Positions 12,826 through 24,800 of a stretch of 49,060 nt of DNA are shown one piece after another. A program made the translations under genes and the position numbers. Under the pieces are notes generated by a model. The model worked only from the letters and a program-made list of their open reading frames with translations, made no database searches and had not been told where the DNA came from. The DNA comes from Welwitschia mirabilis. Taxonomy: Eukaryota. The stretch is taken from assembly GCA_051453625.1 (NCBI GenBank), contig JBOZIK010000001.1, positions 5,553,067 to 5,602,126 on the forward strand, written 5' to 3'. How positions within the stretch are numbered: the first letter of the stretch is position 1; each line of letters opens with the position of its first letter.

Positions 12826-12918
12826 AAAAGTCGCAAAAAGTGACCAAAAGTAAACCCCACTAATGCAGGACTAACTGTATAGTGAAAAGTCGCAAAAAGT
12901 GACCAAACGTAAACCCCA
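12826..12918 (+). promoter_or_regulatory. 34-bp direct repeat (12826-12859, 12885-12918) in the proximal upstream region of the RING gene
   Basis: aaaagtcgcaaaaagtgaccaaa[a/c]gtaaacccca occurs twice at 59-bp spacing and ends 55 bp before the ATG, with CpG retained. The repeat is certain; a regulatory role is inference. Confidence 0.6.
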
Positions 12919-12973
12919 GAAATCAATAACGAAATCAACCGATTAACCATAACTCATAGCATTTACTACAGAA

Positions 12974-13858
12974 ATGGCTTCAATGGCTTGCCCTGTAACG
13001 GATGAGCAGTCTCCAAGGCGTTACAGAGGGTCACCAGAAGATGAGAGAGATCAGCACGCAGAACGAACCGAAACAGCAGAAGATAGCAGGGCAGATAAAA
13101 AGGATCGGCACGCAGAAGACGACGATGAAGAAGAAGGAAAGCTAAGCTCGGAATCAGTTGCAGAATTAGTTGCAGAACTAGATGCCGAATTGTCGTCCGA
13201 TTCCTCGGTATCTTCCAAATCAGTTTTTGAGTTTGATGCCCATCTATCAAATTCTTGTGCCGCATTTATCAAATCACTTACAGACACACCCGCAGAAATA
13301 TCTACTGCTTCTTCTTCATTACCTTACGCTCTCGGAATCGGAGAAGTAAACGCAGATTCGCAGGCGTCTGTCCTCGAGCAGCAACTGTGCGACCTTCGCG
13401 AAAGCGATTGCAGTTCCGCTGACATTCTCTCGTTTGAGGACTACTGTTCAGATGGCGAACGAGAATTGAATTCCGACTGCAATGGTTTTCGCGTATCAAG
13501 CATGTTTATGGGGAATGAAGACACGCAGAGTGTCGCAGGTTTTGAGGCGCTGCCAGAGTCTACAGAGACAGTAGAAAGAACCATTGAAGAGAGTCGAGAA
13601 GATGTTAGCACATGGATTGATGGCTTGGCCATTCCTGTAACTCAGCGGGATGGCCCAGAAAATGTTGCAGAAGAAAGTGTATGTCTGATCTGCTTGGACT
13701 GTCGTAAGGACTTCGGCGAGCTTAAGATTCTTCCCTGCGATCCGCGGCATGTTTTTCATAGTTCTTGCATTACATCTTGGCTTTCTAGCAATCTCAGTTG
13801 TCCCATAGACCGCAAAAAATTCCAAAAAATTCTAAATAACATAAAGGTTTTATTTTGA
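12974..13858 (+). CDS. Intronless acidic, Ser-rich protein with C-terminal variant RING-H2 finger; putative E3 ubiquitin ligase
   Basis: This 294-aa ORF is the only GC/CpG-rich long ORF in the window and has a good plant start context (gaaATGGCT). Residues 237-279 (nt 13682-13810) read C-x2-C-x14-C-x3-H-x2-H-x2-C-x10-C-x2-D, with Trp at ligand 6+4, Pro after ligand 7 and Arg after ligand 8. Confidence 0.88.
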   Translation: MASMACPVTDEQSPRRYRGSPEDERDQHAERTETAEDSRADKKDRHAEDDDEEEGKLSSESVAELVAELDAELSSDSSVSSKSVFEFDAHLSNSCAAFIKSLTDTPAEISTASSSLPYALGIGEVNADSQASVLEQQLCDLRESDCSSADILSFEDYCSDGERELNSDCNGFRVSSMFMGNEDTQSVAGFEALPESTETVERTIEESREDVSTWIDGLAIPVTQRDGPENVAEESVCLICLDCRKDFGELKILPCDPRHVFHSSCITSWLSSNLSCPIDRKKFQKILNNIKVLF

Positions 13859-13973
13859 TTTTACTGGATTTACAAGTTAAACTTGAAATATGATTTGCAC
13901 TGGGGTGGCGAAATTGTTTTTAGATGTTGTGTGCATATTGATGCAATAACATTTGAGATTCTATAATTCTTAG

Positions 13974-14051
13974 TTGGTTTTGTGGTTAAATTACATACTT
14001 TTTTTTAATAGGATCTCATCCTTTTATTATGGTACTCAACCACAAAATCAA
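13974..14051. other. Imperfect 78-nt foldback downstream of the RING stop codon
   Basis: ttggttttgtggtt (13974-13987) pairs with aaccacaaaatcaa (14038-14051), the pairing continues imperfectly inward, and the inner stem is aggat-ctc-atcct. Confidence 0.6.
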
Positions 14052-15579
14052 GGAAAGCACTACTCTATCATTAGAATAAGATCTCATCCTTCCTACTATA
14101 AGATATTTTAATTAGTTTAGTTTATAATGGTGAAACTGGGGATATTATTAATGTCAAAGGCATAAAGCAAGAATTTAAGTTTCATGCTACTCTTACAAAC
14201 TTATCCTACAGGGTATGTTGACAAAAATAATGTTGTTTTAACATTTGTAGCTTATATTAGATAGAGTACTATTGGGATTTATAATGTTTAATGTTACAAT
14301 CAATATTCACTACAACATTATTTTCCTAATGTGAACATTGCCAAGGAGTACCATGATTATGGATTTATTAAATCTCATGATAAAAAGTTTAATTTTAATG
14401 AAAGAAATTTTGATTTAAACACTTCATTGAAAATAATTTTTTTAATAGTGAAAAAAGCCATTTTATATTATCCAACAAAAGACAACAACAATAACTAGAA
14501 AAATTTTTAGTCTAAGTTTTCTTTATCAAAATTTTATTCTAATTGTACCTTACTTACAAGGGTTTAGCTTGTTTCCATAAGATATCTAGCTTTATTTTAA
14601 ATAATAATTCATAGTCAATGCTTTCTTCAACCATGCTTTATTGAGAATGAACATGAGTTCAATCCAAGGATTTAGCTCATTTCCATGTTAACATATAATT
14701 GAAGTTTAAATTTAAACAATATTTCATCTCTTATAAAAAGAAATACAACATGCTTACATTAAATATTTGTGATTCATATGTGTTAAGTTAATAATTGGGA
14801 TATAATTTAGATGTTTAAGTTAATAATTAAAATGTTAGAAATATTGCAAAATCTTCTGTGAGAATTTTGTTACACATATAAAGTTCAAATCAAAGTTATC
14901 TACATTAATCACAAATAAATACTTTAATGTCTTTCTTAATACAAAGCAATACAACTCTAAATTTTTCTGAAATCCTATGTTAATTACAAGTGAATTTCTT
15001 AAGATAACCAAAAAAAAAAAGAAATTAAGTAATTATTCTTCCTTTCACTTTTATGTATAAAATGTGCATTTACCCCATTATCTAGAACTTATTTCTATAA
15101 AATATATAATCTTCTACCTCAAATTTTAGACAATCCAATGTTTTATAAACTAGAGATGTTACTCTAGTACTTCAAAGTTATTTACCTCTATAAAATGTAA
15201 TTGTACACTTGAGAACTATAGATCCAAAATTTACTCTACTTAGCACTTTCAATGATATTATGTTATTGACAATACATACACATCATTCTTGCAATAGGTA
15301 CATTATTATTTTAAGGTTAATTTGTTAAAGAAAAATCTTTGTCCTTAAAAAATTGAAACTCTTGTATTAACATGATATTATATGAGTTATCATTAACATT
15401 TTTACCATTTGATTCTAAAAATGACACATCTAATTCACTAAAATCTTTAAATTTAATTTAAACTTATTGAAATCTTTTCTTCTAATATACATACCTCTTA
15501 CAATGTCTATATCTAAAACCATGTTTTCATATTCCTATCATGGATGTCCATATAGAAAATAATCTTTTCATGTGCCTAT

Positions 15580-16524
15580 TGTAGATCATTAAATGTAGAG
15601 GTAAGGGGTGAATGAGTTCTAAATAACAATTATACCATAATCAAATATTAATATCTATCTAAAATAAAGTGCATGCAAAGCAATAATGGGACTCTTAGTG
15701 ATATAACATCCTTCCCCACCTTGGGAACTCCACACTCAAATAGTCAAACCTCAAAAACCTCTGGATCTTTGTTACTTATTATAAAACTATAGATTTTGGC
15801 TTATCACTAATCTTATGAAGATCAATATAAAGGATTTTCTCCTCATGAGATAGTAACTCAATCCCTCAGGTTTCAAAATCATAATAGATGTGTTTCTCTC
15901 AAGAATATACCTTAGTGTCTGACTTAACCTACAAATAACTTAGAATCCCACTTGGAATTAATAACATGCAAATCTCAAAAAGGCTAAAAAATTATGAAAA
16001 TAAAATGTGAAACAAAGAGATTCTACTCAATTAGATGTCCATATTTAAGTACATATGCAACAAAGAAAGAAAAATCTTGAAAGAGATAAATTCTAATTAA
16101 AAAAAGGATCTTTCTTACTAGGATTTTGTAGAAGTAGTTTGGTGATAGTATTTGGTTCTTCCTTCTTCATTTATCAAATAGTTTCCTACTACTTTCCTTG
16201 CTACTTGCATTTTTTGATCTCATTTTTTCATACTTTTGTTGAAAATACACTATCATCAATGATAATGTTTTTTAGTATGTCTCTAGTATTATTTTGATAG
16301 CCACTAATACTATTTTGGTATGCCATCAATTACAATGGTATTTTTTAATATGCTATTGTCAGCATTTCAGTGGTCATCAACAATCTCTATATTTTGATGT
16401 TGTTTCAAATCCTTGTTAATTTTATAAATCTTCTAGTTAATGCTTGTAATACTCTTATTATTTCTTATTTATCTTTAATGTCAAGACTACTGCAAGCTTA
16501 AGCCTTAACCCATTAGTCTCTACA
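15580..16524 (-). mobile_element. Probable Sirevirus-type solo LTR
   Basis: It has tgtag...ctaca termini and the gaggtaaggggtgaat signature near the left end, with decayed internal repeats at 16250-16390. No TSD found. Confidence 0.45.
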
Positions 16525-16880
16525 AAAAGTGCCTTGCTTCCTTTGCTAAATCTACAACCCTTATTCCATGCCAGTTACATGACCACACTCTTATGCCCTT
16601 TTAGAACTCTTTCATTGAAAATAAACTCATTTTGAGTCTATTGAAGGATGTAAAGAATGCATACAAGGAAATTATTTCAAAAAATAATTTATAAATTATT
16701 CATTATTCAATGTTCGATCAATGAAGAGATTCGAGATTTGGTTTCATATTTGCATATATACATGATGCTTTTACTTTATAATTTAATTTTTATTATGTAT
16801 TTCATTTAATTTTAAGTATAGTGTTCTAGTCTAATTTAACTTCAAGAGGCCTTTTTCTAATAAGAAGTAACTTCAAAAAG

Positions 16881-17306
16881 TATAAATGGTTTAACTTGTT
16901 TGTAGAAGTTAAAGAGTTGTAAAAGTCTAAAGAGTACTTCCATTTCTCTATTACGTGTTAAAGTTGATTTGATAAACTTCACAGTAACTAATCATATTTC
17001 TTACATATTATGATCCTTTCACTAAATTTTCTTGAAATCTTTCCTTTTCTTTTATTGAATTGAAATTGCATAAGAAAATCTAGACATCTTTTAAACCTTT
17101 TAAGATGTCAAAATAGAATAAACAATGTGGAAATTAAAATTAGAGTCTAGCTCTCACTTGTTAAATAAATCCTCTATGTCAAAAAGGATTTTCGTGTTTA
17201 GCACATCGGCAAACGGTGGAAATCCATTTCTAATGAAGAGCTAAAGAAGTGTAAAAATTGGTTGGATTCTTTAATGAAAAGGTACAAGATAGAAAAGGGT
17301 TTATAG
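16881..17306 (+). pseudogene. Putative split HMG-box gene remnant (decayed N-half ~16881-16960; open C-half exon 17202-17306)
   Basis: After the acceptor-like tttag, 17202-17306 reads HIGKRWKSISNEELKKCKNWLDSLMKRYKIEKGL*, matching the HMG-box G-x2-W-x10-Y-x10-Y-x2-E spacing with Cys at the first Tyr. Upstream FNLFVEVKEL*KSKEYFHFSIT resembles helix 1 (FxLF..E[H/Y]PxxSI) but contains a stop. Confidence 0.5.
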
Positions 17307-17839
17307 TGTCTCACAAAATCAGCACTTAAATAATCTATTTTACTATTAAAGATATAAGACATTAGATCTCCCTCTCCAATTTTAGGCTAGCATCTATGTT
17401 ACTATTCTTATTATAGTGAAACCTTACATGCTCTAGTATTTATATTCTTTTCTTTACTTACTATAACATGTTTCAAAGATATGACAGTCAAACAATGAAC
17501 TTATTTTTAATAGGCCAACTATACAAGTGGAATACATGATGGAGTCCAATAAAAATTTGAGCTCTTTAAATAAATGTACAAAAAACATTTTTGTAAATCA
17601 CTAATAGACTAAGAAACGTAAGATTTCTTATTTGGAAGATCATACCACACATTAGTTGAATTGACATTGGACATGTTAAACATTACCTTACTTGTCATAA
17701 TTCCTTTGAATAAATAACTCTATACTCTTCCCTCAACTTCATCACAAAGTCTCAGGTTTTTTTTTCTTAGGGATTGTATCAATGATTTATTATGATGTAA
17801 ATACATAAGATCTTATTGGATTAATGATATGAGTTAACT

Positions 17840-18562
17840 ATTTAATTGAATTTTTGGATGTGCATCTGTAAGGTTATAATATCATATTTTTTATTGTGTT
17901 ATTTGTTAGAGAAAATATTATGTATTCCTTGCTTTAAGTTGTGAAGTCTATATGATCAATTTTATATAAAGTTGATGACATGAGAAGTGGTATGGAACAC
18001 TTTGTCATGTTGTTAGTTTTATGCAAAATGTCCTATTTTAGTGCTTAGTGTTTCATTAGTGCTTTCACTATCTATCATTATGAATTTATTTGAATAGTTG
18101 TGGTGATCTCATAACCACTATCATTAGCTTGTTTTATTATGTCATCGTGAGTATTCAAGTGTCTTTAATAATTTTAAGATTTTAGTATGTCATCATTATC
18201 ATTTTAGTAGTCATTAATGCTTCCTTAATTTAGAGATTCATTAGCTCAGTGTTTCAACATAAATGTCAATACTTTCATAAGATTAAACTTTGACATGAAG
18301 AGAGGTTTGTTTAAAACACCCTTTACTATTTTCTTCTCTTATCCTATTTGTCTTCTTATTATTCTCATCTATTTCTATTTTTATTTTCTTTCCCCTAATT
18401 CCTCTTTCACATGTCCCTTATGTTTTACTATTATTTGCATATTACCTTGTATAAATTTTATAAAAATTAATGAAATCTTATGTTGTTTTTAATGAAAAAC
18501 ATTCATGCTCCTTGAGAGATTTTCTCTTAGCTATGAACTTATTCCAAAAAAATGGGATCTAC
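17840..18562 (+). mobile_element. Copia-like 3' end and LTR remnant (LTR from ~18307; limits approximate)
   Basis: The PPT-like tgacatgaagagaggtt is followed by tgttt at 18307 and a pyrimidine-rich LTR-like block ending near gatctaca. Confidence 0.4.
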
Positions 18563-18812
18563 AATCCAATAATTCTTTTATTAGATATTTTTATATTTTA
18601 TTTTAATCTATTCATTATGAGTCAAGCTCCCTTTGATCTTCCTCTTTATTTTTTAGACCTATCTTTTACTTAGAGTTTTGAGTCTCTTTTATATGAAACT
18701 TTCTACTAGGTTTTTACTTGAAGGATAGCATGCAAAATAGTTAAATTTTTGTTATTTAATGGCTATTTTATTTTAACTTATCATAAACATCTTTAAATTT
18801 TATACAAATCTT

Positions 18813-21800
18813 TATTAACATGTAAAAATTAACAATTACATCAAGTATTCTAGGCCAATTTATTATAGTTGAAGACACTAATTTAACTATTTTAATTATA
18901 AAAATATGTATTTTATTTGTTTTAATGTCATACTTGACTTTATATGTTTTTTAATGACATTTTCAATCCTTAGCCTTATTTTAGAGCATGAGTTATAAGA
19001 TGGAGATGATGTGATAGAAAATACTAGTGGCATCAATTACATGTATGACAACACCAATCACTTAAGAAGAATGACTTCTAGACTTACGGCTTTAATTCTT
19101 TATGGAGAAATGATCTATTTCTGGTTGTAACTCCAGTCATTTACTACATCAAAAACTATTGTTATCGTTCATCATAAAATGACCAATTATTAATGTAAAA
19201 CCCTAACTAGAAAACCTTAAAGTATCAGCCCTTATCCCTCGTTTTCCTTAAAAAAAGGATCAAGCATCTCATTTGTAAGGATCTTTAGTCATTTATTAAT
19301 AAACTAATGAGAGTAATAATTTTTAGAGTAAGAACTCTTCTATTATGTCTTTTTAGTTTTCCTTCTTTGGAAACATACTAGCCTTAAGGCTAGCATGATG
19401 TTTTATTTACAATTTTTAGTTTCCTTCTTTAATGTAATGCATTGTTCTAGATTTTCACAATAAAGATAGTAGCTTCCTTTCTTAATTTCTAGTTGTAAAT
19501 CACTTCATACTTTAAATACTTAATTGAATTTACTCATTAACAAGTTATTAATAATTTTTATTGAATATTTTTATTAATATCTTAATCACATAATGTGATT
19601 TTTTTTTATGGATCTTAGGATGTATTTTATACATTTCATGCTTATGAGAAAACTTTAATAAACTAAAGTGGTAAAGAATCTCACCAACATTCAAGTGATA
19701 AATGAGATAATATCACCATGATTTGAGCCTCATTAAACTTGACATGTTCAAAATGCAAAGTGGAACTTGAAATAGATCTTTGAATGGAAATATTTTGTTT
19801 TGTAAAACACTCATGTTAGTTCTTGAGTGCTATGTACATTTCTAAGCTCTTTTTGGTTGAATGTTTTCTTCATTTTCATTCTTGGCTTAAAGTTTATTCA
19901 AATCATTTTGATCATTTAGTGTGCATAATTCTACTATTTTAACTTATAATTATCTCAAAGTAGAGAATGATTCTAGGAACTTGTTAGAACAAAGTTCCTA
20001 GTTCTTATTAGTAAAATATTGCCCTTAAATAGCTTTTTGATAACATTACTAAGGATAATAACATAATAGCTATAGTGGAACATGAATAGCTTTGATTTTT
20101 TTGCATTTAAATCTCTATGTTTTTCATTTTCTATACTTTCTAATTGTTGGTAATAGTCTTTTTTAGTGATTCTTGAACTAGTACTAATTTGCATTTTTTA
20201 TTCTCTAAACTCTCTAGTGGTTAGTACTAATGTTTTTTTAGTGATACTCAAAGTAGTCCTAATTTTTACTTTTGTAAGTTTGTATTGAACATTTTAGCTC
20301 TAATGTGGAATTTTAGTATGTTATCAATTTTCTATATGTAGGAATAACTATATTAATTTTTTGTGTATAGGGATAACTCATTTTTATAGCTTTTTGCTTC
20401 CCAATTCCTCTTAAACCAAATTGAAAGAAAAAGAAAAAATTTTATAAAACTCGAAGAAAATAAAAAATAATAAAAATAGATATGAATTATCTTTCTCTCT
20501 TTGTTTTTTTCTATTTTATTACTATAGGTTTTTCTTCTAATTATGTGTGTGTTTAGATTTAGGTTTCAAATTTCTATTAGTTTCTTCAAGTTTTTAATTA
20601 TTCTAAGGTTTTCTTATGATTTTTGTCTCATATTTATGCTATCATTTCATTTTCTATCACTCATTTCCTATTTCTTCTTATTAAATTTACTTTGCATGGT
20701 TAAGAAGGTAATGTCATTCTTTTTTCAAAGCATTTTAGACCAAACAACTAGCATCACTAGCCTTCTTGTGACTTTTACTAGTATAGTTATTAACCTTTTG
20801 CCTCACCTCTCTTAATCTTATTTGGTATCTAGAAACTTCCAAAATGTAATACAATTGCATGCATTTGAAACTTAAGTTTGATGATTAAGTATAAAGAACT
20901 TATTATAAACTTCAAATGGAATTTAAAATTAATTATGAAAATAGTCTATTTTATAAGAGTTAGTCTAATAAATGATTTTAAGTAAACCCTTTGTCATTCC
21001 TCATAGATACCACATTCAACCTCAAACTCCAAAATTTTTTTGAGACTAGACAAACCATAAAATATTATATTCAATACTTAGGTAACCCTTCATAGATAAA
21101 TCAATTCTTTGTCATGAGTGTAAAAAGCCTTACTTTTCATAAGAAGAATTTTATCTTATGCTTTTCACCATTCTCATCATTTTATTATGCTCTTCACCTT
21201 ATAATCCTTATCCTTTATTTTCTCATGAATAGTCTGCATTTTCTTTTAAATATCCTGCATCTTTTAAACAATACCCTTTATCTTCTAATACTCAATAATC
21301 CTCTTTACCTTCCTTAAAAGATACCCTTAAAATGTTCATGGAATCTCAGATGTAAATCAACCAAGACTAATAACATTTTAACTAATAAACCTCTTAGGCA
21401 TTACAAATTCTTAAGTAAAGTATTTAATAATTAAAATAAATTAATACTTAAATCATTAGAACACTTAATCAATAAGAAGAATAAATTCTTTCTACATTCC
21501 ATGAACCTAATCCTAGGAATCTTAAAAATCTTAAAAGGATTGAGAATAGTCAAATTGATAATACCCAAGTTATGTCCTTTAGAAATGGAAAGAAAACTAA
21601 TAAGGATCTAGAGGATGAACACTTAATTTATAAGATCCCTAAAATTAATAAGAGCTATACATCTAAAAATGAATCATATAGCAACCCTTGTGAGAAGAAT
21701 AACATCAAAGAAGAACCTACATGTGATCCATAATACATGAAAACCGTGCCTTCATCTTAACATCCTCATGAAAAGAAATCTCTATTTCATCTTTATCTTT

Positions 21801-24800
21801 TAAGAAAAACCCAATATTTAATGAAAAAGACAAAGTTTCCCTAGAATTAAAGCCACCTTCTAATGATTCATTTAATAAACAATCACTTTGTCTAGTGGTT
21901 TTCAAATTATCTTTGTATCTTCTTTAAGATGATGTCTTTTAAGAATTATTAATAAAGAATACACAAGCTAAAGGATGAAAATTTTATACCTTAAATGTAT
22001 AACCTTCATTACTTGCATTGATGTTCTCTCTAACTTTTAAACTCATGAATGAAAATTTACATGAATTCACTCTTAGTTTATTCTTTACATGACCTTAACC
22101 CTTCACCCAACTTTTGCTTTCACACTCTTGAGCCCTTTTTCATACATGACTTTAGGAAATATGTTTGTTTAGAAATTTTAGTTTCATTTTATAATATTAA
22201 ACTAGATTTTTCATTTAGATTATATTTAGATGAATAGATCTAGTCATAGTAAAACTAATATCACCTCGTGGCATATCTCCTATAGAACCACCAAAGCATT
22301 ACCACCTATATAAGCATTACAAATAGTAAAGAATGTTATAATTTAAGTTAAAAATTATTAATTCTAGATAGAACTCATAGTTTTAGAGATGGAATAAGAT
22401 GAAATCCATTCCATTTTTATAGTCTTAAGTGGACCTTTTCTTGCAACTTTAAATGCTATTTTCAATTGTAGAAATTATATCATAATAATTTCATTTAAAA
22501 CATTACTATTCAATTAACTGTTTTCAATGCTATAAAATAACTTGATGATATTGATGTATTTTAATTTGTGGAAAGCCTTGATAATTATTTTTATGATCAT
22601 GAATTTTCCTCTTATGAGTAAAATGTTTCTATTATTCCTTCTTTTTTTATTGAGTTTGACTCACATGGTAAGTTTAAAGATAATCTTTTCATTAATTTGG
22701 AATTACATCCTAAAGATCTAAAGTATTTCTTTGATGAGGATTTAATCCATTTATTGGTTATTCACTCATATGTATCTTCATCTTTAAAATATGATTTTCA
22801 AGAATTATTAGAAAAGCATGAAAAAGATGTAGGTTGGACCCCTTCTAATTTGGAACATTTGGATCCTAATGTGTATATTCCTTATATATTTTCTAAGTTT
22901 GTCAACTCATGTATGGATTGCTATCATGAAAAATTTTCTATGAGTAAGTCATCATTTGATTATCCTTTCTAAAATCTGGAGTTTGATAGCTATTGTACTT
23001 TTTCATTTTTACTTTACACATTAATTGATTTTATTAAATAACTTTAAATTAGATTTACCTTTTCATTACCTAGCCTTAGAATGTTTGGATCAATCTACAA
23101 GAAATAAATATGTGTTTAAAGATGCTTCTTTCATAGAAAATCCTAATTAGTATCATTTATTTAATCTTAGTCTTAAACTTATCTAGCCACCTATACCATC
23201 TTTACATAATTTCATTTCATTTGCATTTTTTTACCCTATCCATCCTATTATGAGTTCATAATACTTAATGATTCTAGTTAATGTCCTTTTTTCTTGATCT
23301 AATAATAACATGATCTTTTATCTTTTTAAGGTTTAGTAAAAAATTTGTAAGTTCTTGCTTTTTATGAGGTAGTCCTTTGCAATTATTGAGTTATTTGCTA
23401 AAGTTTGCATTTATTTGAGCTTTTAAATTTGGTAAATTCAAGGAAAAATATGGTTTTTCTTATTTCATGAGGTACCTATATTTCAAAACATTTATGGAGA
23501 TGAGATTACTTCTCTATTAGGTTAATGAACTAATGATCCCTAGAGAGAGAGAGAGAGATAAGAGTAAAGAAGAAATAATATAAAACTCTTGAAGCTATCT
23601 ACTAGCACATTGTNNNNNNNNNNNNNNNNNNNGGTTTATTTAAGTGCATCAAGATTATGAATGTCTACTGTTAATGTAGCTATAATAATTCATTATGCTA
23701 GATCAATTACACTAGGCCTATAACCAATTACTAGCAATGTAGCACTAAATTCTTCAAGAAGAAAATGTTAAATCTTTTGAAAGAAAGTATCATAATACTA
23801 ATTGCTCAATATGATAGAATGATTGAAATAGATTACTTAGGAAAATAGAAGGAAAATGAAATGCTGTTAAGATGTAATTGGAGAAATCTTTCGATTTACT
23901 TATTTTAATAAATTATAACTTGAGATTCTTTAGCTACTTATAAGTTTGCAAAATTTACTTGTTGATACTTTTCTTTATTTTAGTGAAGGATCCAATAAAT
24001 ACTATTAAACTAGAATAATCAGATCATTATATTGTATTCTTCAAGTCTTCTTTCTTCATAGTGTGCATGGTAGGATTCATCCTTTTACCATTTTGTTTTC
24101 ATTCATTTCATTTTCACTATTTATTTCAATCCATAATACAACATATTTTATTCTATAAGAAAGTATACTAGAAGTATGCTTTCTCTTTTTTTCCCCTTCT
24201 AATTTGACCATTCCATTTAGGTCTATATCTAAGGTAAATCAATCTGAATCATTAATAGTACCAACTAATCTAATGGTATACATTTTACCCCATTCTTATA
24301 AAAATAATAATTTCAAGCTTGGTCCATACCTTACATTCCCTTGTTTTTAAACTCATGTATCTATTTCTACTACATCACTCAAGCTCTAACTATTTTTACA
24401 TACTGATCTATATCTATACCTTTCCTTATGTGTGTTTCCTCTTGTATCTACATCTGCACCTTTATCTTTTATTTATAACATCTTATTCAAGTTCTTATAG
24501 AGTTCTTGGTCATTACAGTCTACTACTGAGATTAGTTTCAATTGATAAACTTATCTATTTCTTTATTTATTCATTCTTAAAATAAAATTTTGCTTCTACA
24601 TTTTTCATTTGTTTTCTTTTATTTTACTTCATTTTTATTATTGAAATTTATAATATGTGCAAGATAAGATGCCTTTATTAAAGAAGAATTTTATCCTTTT
24701 TAATCTCTTTTTGTGTACCTTTATATTTAAACAATATTAAATCTAGGAATTACTGTTACTTATTAAAGGATGAAGGTACATATTATTTTACAAATAAGTC

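Noticed and set aside
12836..12918. W-box and telo-box calls in the 34-bp repeat
   Set aside because: The motifs read GTGACC and AAACCCCA, not TTGACY and AAACCCTA.
12966..13825. Five minus-strand ORFs overlapping the RING gene
   Set aside because: They are antisense shadows of a GC-richer coding sequence with no recognisable motifs.
13858..14010. Retrocopy hallmarks for the RING gene
   Set aside because: There is no sense-strand poly(A) tract (the nearby run is T) and no flanking TSD.
14126..14218. Possible exon NGETGDIINVKGIKQEFKFHATLTNLSYR ending at a gtatgt donor
   Set aside because: No recognisable homology, no clear acceptor and no CpG retention.
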